Source: Pseudogymnoascus verrucosus (Eukaryota). From it: DNA of 64,000 nucleotides. The position numbers were made by a program, and so were the translations under genes. The notes beneath the pieces are model-generated. The model was not told the DNA's origin. It searched no databases and saw only the letters and a program-made list of their open reading frames with translations. The stretch is taken from assembly GCA_001662655.1 (NCBI GenBank), contig KV460246.1. The stretch is one strand, 5' to 3'. Position 1 is the stretch's first letter; each line of letters opens with the position of its first letter. Below are positions 26,245 through 35,121 of the stretch, piece by piece.

Positions 26245-29240
26245 ATGGAGCGCCCCGCTGGACCTCCTTTGGGAGCTGCAACTCAGTCTTCCGGATGGGC
26301 CACGGATGGCCCGGCCAGCACTCGTCAGCCGCCTCTAAATAGCGATACCATGATGTGGAAAATGCCCACCCTACAGCGAATGCCATCGGATGGCTCGATG
26401 TTCACCTCAAACCCGATATCTACTGCTCAAGTCGTTGCGCTGGCAAGGGAAGCGATGCAAAATGCGTTGGAGGAGAACCAGACAAAGTCTGGGGGAACGG
26501 CTGGGATAACGAACGAGCTGAAGCCTGGCATCACGATTGATATGAGCCACAAAAATATCCAACGGTTCCCAGAAGAAGTTGTGGACATAATTAAGTCGGA
26601 GCTAGAAAGGTATTTTTTTCAATAAGCAGAACCAGGATTAAATGGCACTGACAAACCGTGTGTAACAGACTTGCGCTTTCACATAATAAGATTTCCACAT
26701 TCCCCTTACGATTTGCGGAGTGTACGTCCTTACGATACCTTAATGTTCGAAATAATGATATCCGAGAATTTCCTCTATCTGTGAGTCCCGCCGACTCCTA
26801 CGTTTTATGGCTGGAAGGCTGATTGATGGTGTAGATTTGTGAACTATCTTCTCTGGAAATTCTGGATATAAGCCGCAACAAACTCCGCATCCTTCCACCC
26901 GAACTTGCGAAACTCACAGCACTTAAGGTACTGTCGGTGCAGAAAAACCGTATCGAGGACCTGCCGTTATGTTTGGCAGACATGAACTCTCTCCAATGCT
27001 TGAAACTGGATGGAAATCCTATAAGATACCCGCCGAAGGAAGTACTGCAGGCCCAAGCCAGTAGCCCGCCCAATGGTATTGCTTTAAAAGAAAGCGAGAT
27101 AAACGATGTTACTGTGACATCGCAGATCAAGAGATTTTTCAAGCAGAAGCTCATTACGGATCGATCAGAGACGGAATCGGGAGGCGAAGAGTCCAGTGAA
27201 GGCGCCGAAACTCCACGGCCGTTGAAGCGAGTTACGAGTGGTCGATTCCCTATCAAAGTTAACGGCAGCGATGTGCCGGATTCACGATCTCCGGCATTGC
27301 AGCGGCCACCTCCAATACCTTCGCGGTCTCATTATCGAGGATTGTCACAGCAGAATGCTGCGTTGAGAAGACCTGGTATCATGCCATTGACTATTGGCAA
27401 TAGTAACGAACGAGTTCGAAGCAACAGTGAGAGTCTATTGCAGCGCGATCGTGCTGAGCGTGCAGACAGGTCGCGGCGAATGGGAGTTGTTTCCAAGAAA
27501 GCAAGCGACCTCACAACTGTCGAGGAGTTGAAAACAAATCGGTATAGCCATCTGCGAGGCCTAAGTCATGGGTCGGCAATTCAAAGCGGCAATGGCAGTA
27601 ACGGCACAAATGGCAACACGAGAAGCCCAGCAAGCCCCGCTGACAGCACAAACGGACGGAGTACATACGTCAGGAGGTTATCAAGCCTCCCTGAAAGGAA
27701 GCGAAAATCGAATTCTCCAGATCCGGTTATTGAGGGTGCGAAAGGGATATTGTTTGCTCTTGACCAGGTCCATCCTTTAATACAAAGTTTAATGGGACTC
27801 ACCAGGGATGGTTCCAACAAAAGGACAAGTCTTGAAAGGGTCTTCTTCAATGCAACAACACATGTTGAAGAGCTCGATCACGACATCCAAGAATACGATA
27901 CCTACTCTGAAGAAGACGAGGAAGTCAGTCCTCGTTCAAATGCGAATGTTCGCAGGGCGTGTATTACATGCGTCTCAGCCTACATCCACGTCTGCACATT
28001 ATTATCACGAAACGTCGAATCATTACTCAATAACGGGGACCCACGATATATTCGTATGCTTCTTCTCCATATATACGGGAGTTTGGTGGAAGTTCGAAAT
28101 GCGGGGACAAGTTTAATTGGGCCAAAGCAGAAAGCGTCTGAGCAGCTGCCACCTTTATTAGAAGATACTAATATCAACACGATCAGACCGTCGGTCCGCG
28201 ATAAGACACCGACACGGGAGCGGCCCAACCCAGCGTCGAGGATGAGGAGCGCCACGACAATCCAGCAGACGAACAACCTGCGTGTCCTGACGGATTCCAG
28301 GAACGCCTATACGAACGGATCTGGCCGGTCTGCAACCATGACATCTGCAACCCCCCGATCGGGAGAATCGTTCACCTCCGTCTCCTCTGCTGGGAGGATG
28401 AACGGCGACTTCACCGAAGAAGACCGGCTATTCGAGAGGATATTCCTGGGCCTACAGCAGTCATCTGAAATGGCCATCAGGACATTACCCACCGTCAACG
28501 CTCATTTCGTACAATCCAACAAGAACAGCATGCAGCAAGGGACCTACGACCAACTAAAGCACTACTGGCAAGCCCTCAGCATCAAATGCTCCTTCGCCCT
28601 CGAGACCGCCGAGACACTCAAAGCGCGCCTCTCCCTGATCAAACTGAAAGAGCCCGGGATCCGCACCCAAGGCGCCTTCTGGGAACTCTGCAACACCTTC
28701 ATGAGCTCGTACTACAACCTCGTCGTCAAAGTCAAGGAGGTGAAATCCGTCACCTCCCTCATCTCAACAGACGTCATCGCACTCCTCCGTCCCTTACAAA
28801 AAGTCATCCGCGAAACGAGTCAGCTCATCCAAGCTTCGCCCTGGTCATTCCTCACTGGCCCCAGCTCGGGGCCAGGGCAACATCACGCAAACCACACGAA
28901 CCATCCTTCAACAAGTACCTCCATCTCCTATGTCCTCCACTCCCCACAGGTCGCCATGCCCATGACACCCGCGAGTGCTGCTCTCGGACCAGCTGTACAA
29001 GCTACCGTGCCCAGCGCGCCGCAGAGCGCAGGGTACGGAGCGGACATGTTCCAAGGGAACGTGTTTGAGCGCGCCGACACCCTGCTCAGTATGGGCGGAA
29101 GCAGCGCCTTCTCCTCTCGCGCCGGGACGATGACGTCGTGGGGCGGGAGTGGAGATGGGCAGACTCCTGGGGGGCCCGGGGGGACGTTTAGTCCTACGAA
29201 TGGGATGATTAGGTATGGAGGGAGTAAGGTTGTGTTTTAA
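26245..29240 (+). CDS. SOG2: RAM-network LRR protein Sog2, 3 exons
   Basis: N-terminal LRRs (IDMSHKNIQRFP, LALSHNKISTFP, LDISRNKLRILP, LKLDGNPI), RRLSSLPE, GDPRYIRMLLLHIYGSLVEVRNA and TPASAALGPAVQAT; introns about 26610-26668 and 26781-26833. Confidence 0.9.
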
Positions 29241-30000
29241 CCTTTTTACCACCTTGCTGAGACTGGGCCGCGGGGACGAGAGGGGGGGAGGGGGGATCTG
29301 CTCGAAAAAAATCAAGAGAGCCATATAACTGGCCATTTAACTAACCACTAACGTGCACTACGCCACGCCATATTTTTTATCTGCCACAATTGGATCAATC
29401 GATGAGAGGGAAGCAGGGCGGGGATATCTGTATTTTAGCCGCCATCTTGTTTGGGCACTGTCTTTTCGTCTTGGGGGGCGTTTTAGTATCATTAGCGTGC
29501 GTTGCGTACTGGGTGCTGGGTGCTGGGGGGACTGCGGCAGGGAATAATTGTATTAACTCTCATATTTTTCTGTGTTTTAGTCGCGCGGCCAGGGATCATG
29601 ATCATTGGGATGTCGGAGCGGGAGTGGGAGTGGGAGTTTACTGGGGGACATGATCTGGCTGGGACGGATACGGTGCCTGGGGTAACTGTTTTTTTTGCAT
29701 TCATGGGAGGCGTTTTGGAGGGGGAAGGGTGTGGTGGAGTCTTGTGGAGAAGTGAATGGAAATTTTGGAATATTTTTATGACTTTTTTTTGGTTCAGCTG
29801 TGTAGGATCGTACTGCTGGGTGCTGCGGCTTTTTTGTGAAGTGTACTGCGAAAGACAGACAGACATGTATTTTTGTATGGGAGGAATTTGGTTTGGGAGC
29901 AATTGTTGGATATATATTGTCCTTCTCCTGTAGTTAGATATGTCGGGTATACTCTTGTCTAAAAGATCTATTCATCTCTTTATGTCATGCAGGCCCCCCA

Positions 30001-31197
30001 TCAAGCCTCCCCCCCCTTCCCCCTCCTCCTCAAATTCTCAAACAACCCCCCCTTCTCCCCCACCTCCCCACCACTCATCTCCTTCTCCCTCCTCCTCGCC
30101 CTCCTCTTCTCCTTCCTCCCATTCCTACAACAACAACAACACCTAACCTGCAACACGAACGCACCCAGCACCGCCCCAGACGCAACCCACATAAACGCCA
30201 ACATCTGCACTCCCAACACCGCCCCAATATTCAGCATCGGCTGACTCCTAAGCACATTCCGCATAATCGTAAACATCACCGTCCCCACAACACTCGCCAC
30301 GATCGTGCAAAACGCAGCGAGGAAACTGAGCAAGCCCAGCCCGCAGCCGACCCAGCAGCTGCGTTCGCGGGGCGAGAAGTGGGGAGAGCGAAGGAGGGAG
30401 AGGGGAGAGAGGAGGAGGGAGAGGAAGGTTAGGATGACGCCGAGGAGGAAGAGGGTGAACATTGCGTTGGAGGCGAGTTGGATGAGGTGAAGGATGGTGA
30501 GGATGTCGGCGGGGAGGGTGATGGTGGCGCCGGCGAGGAGCTCGGAGAGGAGGATCTTGACGGGGTTGAAGTAGTAGAGGCTGGTGGGCTTGCTGCAGTT
30601 GGTTATGCCTCTGTTTGGGGGGTGGGTGGTTAGTATGTGTGTGCATGATTTGGTTTGGGTTGGGTTGGGTTGGGGGGGACGCACTCATCGTTGTAGCCCT
30701 CGCAGTAGTTCCATAGGCCGACGAGGTAGAAGTCGTGCAGGCCGAGGGAGCGGGCTATGGAGTTTAGGAGGGGGAAGTCGCTGCCTGGGGTGGAGGCGCG
30801 GACGAGGATGTTGGAGAGGTCGATCCTGATGAACCATGTTGACTTTAAGACTGGTTTGACGCTCGTTTGTGCAGTGAGAATCTGTGGGAAGGGTGTTAGC
30901 TGAGTGCTCTCTCTCTCTCTCTCTCTCTCTGGGGCTTCCAAAATGGGGAGAGGGGGACCTTACCAGTATCAGGAAGATAAACCCTATGAAGAGAAGCAGG
31001 CATGCGATAATGGTGAGCCATTTGCGGGGTCGGCTGGCATGGACTATGTTGTTGTTGTTGTTGCCGTCCTTCAGCGACGGGGCTTTCGTTGTAGCCGGCG
31101 GCGATGCATCGTCTGTTAATATGCCGCCATTGCCTTCTGGCTTTGGACCCTTGTGCCGTGACCTGACGGACCTGAAGACGGGGAGGTTGATAGCCAT
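30001..31197 (-). CDS. SUR7/PalI-family tetraspan membrane protein, 3 exons
   Basis: ARSLGLHDFYLVGLWNYCEGYNDEGITNCSKP claudin-like loop motif and four TM segments; introns about 30962-30882 and 30684-30611. Confidence 0.88.
30907..30930. repeat. (CT)n microsatellite in intron 1 of the SUR7-family gene
   Basis: About 12 consecutive CT units. Confidence 0.9.
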
Positions 31198-32648
31198 CTA
31201 GGCGATTTGTGAGGGGTATCTGTGAGATCTAGCTCGTCCCTGAAGCAAAAAAAAAGAAGGGCGTTGCTTCCTCCAGACTCAGGCACTTGGCATGAGGAAG
31301 GAAGGGGGATTCGGGGTATCAGGCCAAGAGCATGGCGGGATTGATAGATGGGACAAGAGATAGTGAATTGGAATCCACAAATGTTTTCTTGCTTGGCTGA
31401 GTAGCGTAGAAAGTTTAGAGGATCTCAGCAAACTGGGGCCTACCTACCTATCAGGGCAGTAGACGGGAAGGGCGTGGGCGGGGAGCAAACTGATGTCATG
31501 TTATTTTTATGGGAATTATTGGGGAATTATGGGATTTTTTTGAGGGGTATGAGTAAGTTAGCCTGGTATGGTGGACGGGTACTTGGTTTTGGAGGGGCGC
31601 AGAGGACCTTGGAGGATCCACAGGTACAAATAAAGCTTGGGACGATCAATCTTAGTTGCTGAAGGAACACCGGGAACGCTGAACGCGCGGATTTGGGGGC
31701 TGTGGAGAGGGAAAAAGGGTCCAATGTGAGTGAGGTGTATAGTTCATAATACTGTACAGTTTGAAAATGTAAGCTCGTATACAATGTGATAGGTAATAGT
31801 ATAGTAATGTATAGTAATGTGCCGTGTAATGTGTAATGTAATGTCGCACGGTGCATATGAAGGGGTGGTGGCGCAGCATATGAGAAAGTTAGTTTAAGCT
31901 TCAAATTCAGATGCTGTTTGTTTACGTAGGTATGGTACTGTAGATTAATTAATGTGCAGGGCAATTCCAAGTCCCGTAGCTAATTCAAATACCTGCCGGA
32001 TCTACGCTCTCTAGTTTCTGCACTCTATACTCTTTTGAACTATGGACCGAGATCCCTTTTCTGATCCCTTCCTGATATTCTGATATTCTCCAGATATGCT
32101 CCATACCGTGATCCTGTGCTCCATACTCTGCCCCAAACTGTGGATATTATAAGTACTGTAAGGACTATACTTGCTCACTTTTTACCGCCTGTGGCCTTGT
32201 GGAGAGTACCCGCACCCACACACTATCGGCATACGGCACCCACATGATGTCAGAATTCCAGGGGTTGGTTCCGGGCCACCTGAGACCCAAATGTACCCAA
32301 ACAAAAACATGCTGTAGCCCGCTGTGGGTGGTGCCCGCTACACCCGCCTAGCTTGTGACAAAACAAATCACTTTTGAGACATTCTAGATTCACTCGCTGT
32401 CTCTGAGTCCCCCCACCCCGCCTTTTCCTTTTTATATACACTGTTTATATTATAGAGTTGCCAAAGACGGCGATTATATTATTGCATTCGCTCCAATTTG
32501 ACACAGATACTCTATTGTGTTACTCTCTCTGTCTTTTTCCACTTCCGGTCTGCAAGATTCCACCCGCCACTTCGACTTGTCAGAGCAGAGACTTCGACGG
32601 ACACTAGATCAGTACTGGCCGGCCCGTAGCCACAGATAAATACCGCAG

Positions 32649-32790
32649 TGAAGATTGAAGACATCAGAGCGCCGAAGCCGAGTCCGAACAACCACACTGA
32701 AGATTGAAGATATCACAGCGTTGAAGCCGAGTCCGAATAACCTCATTGAAGATTGAAGATATCACAGCGTTGAAGCCCAGTCCGAACCCC
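32649..32790 (+). repeat. Three tandem 49-bp repeats (TGAAGATTGAAGAYATCASAGCGYYGAAGCCSAGTCCGAA...)
   Basis: Units start at 32649, 32698 and 32747; the third unit is truncated. Confidence 0.92.
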
Positions 32791-32837
32791 ATTGTCACGG
32801 CAAAGAGGCCGACACCTCCTATGAACAATCTCCAACC

Positions 32838-34157
32838 ATGTTGTGGAGCAAGCCAGTAGTGCTCGCATCTCAGATCTTATTCTTCGCCTGCCTCTACAGC
32901 AACCCCATATCCGCCCAAGAGACAACAGATGACGGGCTCCTCGTTCTGACCGGCAGTGCCCGCGGCGACACCTCAACAGGACCAACAGCAGCAGCTACAC
33001 CCACAAGCTCAACAGGAACAGGAAGCAGAAGCAGCAGCACCACCAACTCCCACTCCTCCTCCACCACCAGCAGCACCACCTCCCACACGACCACCACCCC
33101 CCCCGACGTCCTAACCCTCACCGGCCTCCCCCCCACCAACTCCCTCAACCAAACCCGCACCACCACCACCGCCGGCCCCGTCCCCACGAACAAAACCCCC
33201 TGCAACCTGCACGTCGAATTCTGCACCCGCAAATACAGCAATATAACCCAAGTATGCGCGCACAACTCCCCTTTCGTCAAGGCCAACAACGCCGCTGCCA
33301 ACCAGGCCTTTGGTGTGGTGAGCCAGCTCGATGACGGGATACGGATGTTGCAGATTCAGGCGCATGTTGTTAATGGGACGGTCTTCCTGTGCCATTCTTC
33401 GTGTGATATTTTGAATGCGGGGACGATGACGGATTATCTTACTATTGTCGCGGGATGGGTGCAGAAGCATCCGTATGATGTTATTACTATCCTTATTGGA
33501 AACGCGGGGTACCTCCCCGTGAGCACATATACCCCCGCGATAGCGGACTCGGGACTCCTTCCTTACGTCTACACGCCCCCAAAGAAGGACATGGCTCTCT
33601 CCGACTGGCCGACGCTGAGCAGCATGATCATCACCTCCCAGCGGGTAGTGGTATTCATGGACTACGATACCGACCAAGACACCGTCCCCTACATCCTCGA
33701 CGAATTCACCTACATCTGGGAAACGCCCTTCGATCCCACCGACCGCGCCTTCCCCTGCACCGTCCAGCGCCCCCCGGACCTCTCCGCCGCCGCGGCGAAG
33801 AGTATGATGTACATCGCGAACCACAATCTCAACACCGAGCTTTCGCTGCTGGGGAACACGTTGCTGGTCCCCACGCAGCCGTTGCTGGGGGAGACGAATG
33901 CGGTGTCTGGGTATGGGAGTTTGGGGCTTGCGGCGGAGAATTGTGATGCGATGTGGGGGAAGCCGCCGACGGTGTTGAATGTGGATTATTATAATGTGGG
34001 GAATGGGAGTGTGTTTGAGGTCGCGGCGAAGTGGAATAATGTCACGTATAATGCTACGTGTTGTGGGATGGCGGATAGTGGGGGGGTGAGAATGGGGACG
34101 GGGGTGTGGTGGGTTGGGGGGTTGGCGGTGCTGGTTTCGGTGTTGTTGTCGTCGTAG
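32838..34157 (+). CDS. Secreted/GPI-anchored PLC-like phosphodiesterase (PI-PLC X-like)
   Basis: Signal peptide, Thr/Ser stalk, CTRKYSNITQVCAHNS, QLDDGIRMLQ, LCHSSC, PTVLNVDYY and a hydrophobic C-terminus; intronless. Confidence 0.9.
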   Translation: MLWSKPVVLASQILFFACLYSNPISAQETTDDGLLVLTGSARGDTSTGPTAAATPTSSTGTGSRSSSTTNSHSSSTTSSTTSHTTTTPPDVLTLTGLPPTNSLNQTRTTTTAGPVPTNKTPCNLHVEFCTRKYSNITQVCAHNSPFVKANNAAANQAFGVVSQLDDGIRMLQIQAHVVNGTVFLCHSSCDILNAGTMTDYLTIVAGWVQKHPYDVITILIGNAGYLPVSTYTPAIADSGLLPYVYTPPKKDMALSDWPTLSSMIITSQRVVVFMDYDTDQDTVPYILDEFTYIWETPFDPTDRAFPCTVQRPPDLSAAAAKSMMYIANHNLNTELSLLGNTLLVPTQPLLGETNAVSGYGSLGLAAENCDAMWGKPPTVLNVDYYNVGNGSVFEVAAKWNNVTYNATCCGMADSGGVRMGTGVWWVGGLAVLVSVLLSS

Positions 34158-35121
34158 ATTTGAGATTTGAGGAGATTCTGAGAATGAATGCTTTGTGGGA
34201 GGGATCTGCGTGGCGTTATGTGGCGTTTGGGTGGCTTGCTTGCTTGCATCGCGGATGGATGGCCAGGGGCAATTTGTGGCATGGGTGATATTACATAGCG
34301 GAGGGAAAAGAAAGACAACATTTGCAATGAAAATACCCAATTTAGATAAGGCATGAAAAACAAACTATTGCCCAGAACACAACGTCAGAAAGGGGTCAAA
34401 GACTAGTTTTCATTGAATTTCAGTTCTCATTTGTTCCTCAGTTATAATAAAACTGGATCGCTAGGGTATCTATCTATAAACATGCTACTCGTTACAGGGA
34501 CAAGAGAAAATATAAAGAGGTGTATCTGAAAGCGATGACACGTTTTCTTTCCCTGAACACACTAGTGGTGCTGTCCCATCCATCTCAAACAGTTATTCGC
34601 CGTCTTGCACCACCTCTGCTCGGGCTCCATAGGCGGAGTGAGCTCCTTTTCCGCGTGTCTGTCTCTCCACCACCACCTTTGCTCAGCTTTGATAGCTAGT
34701 GAGCGTTCTTTTCGTGTTAATCATTGGTATTATCCTCCTTTCATGCACACAGCCGGAATCGCATATCCCCGCCTCTCTCATATCTTCTTCGCAAACACTT
34801 CTCGTCACCATTCTTCCTCTTTGGTTACTCTCCCCGTTAGGCACCCATCCACAGCAAAGATAGCAAAACGTCCTTCCTCATCAGTAATTCTCGCTCCATA
34901 TCATGCACTCAGCAATCACAAAGACAAAGACGGAGACAAGCCCCCCGCCAATAGCCATTCGCATCTATCACATGCCACCATCCTCTTTCATACTGCCTTT
35001 GTAAAATTTCAGCAAACAACAACCAGCAAAATGTATTAAACGCGCGCGAAACTTTGTCGAAAAGGCGAGTTGTAGTACAGTAGTCGTACAGTAATATACA
35101 CAATCCCCCACGCTCACCTAC

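Noticed and set aside
32649..32790. CRISPR-like appearance of the 49-bp repeats
   Set aside because: The units are contiguous with no unique spacers, there are no cas genes, and the context is eukaryotic
33111..34340. 409-aa antisense ORF over the PLC-like gene, and similar shadow ORFs over NOP15, CDC10, ASN1 and ACO2
   Set aside because: They overlap well-supported genes on the opposite strand, show no recognisable motifs, and are expected from biased codon usage
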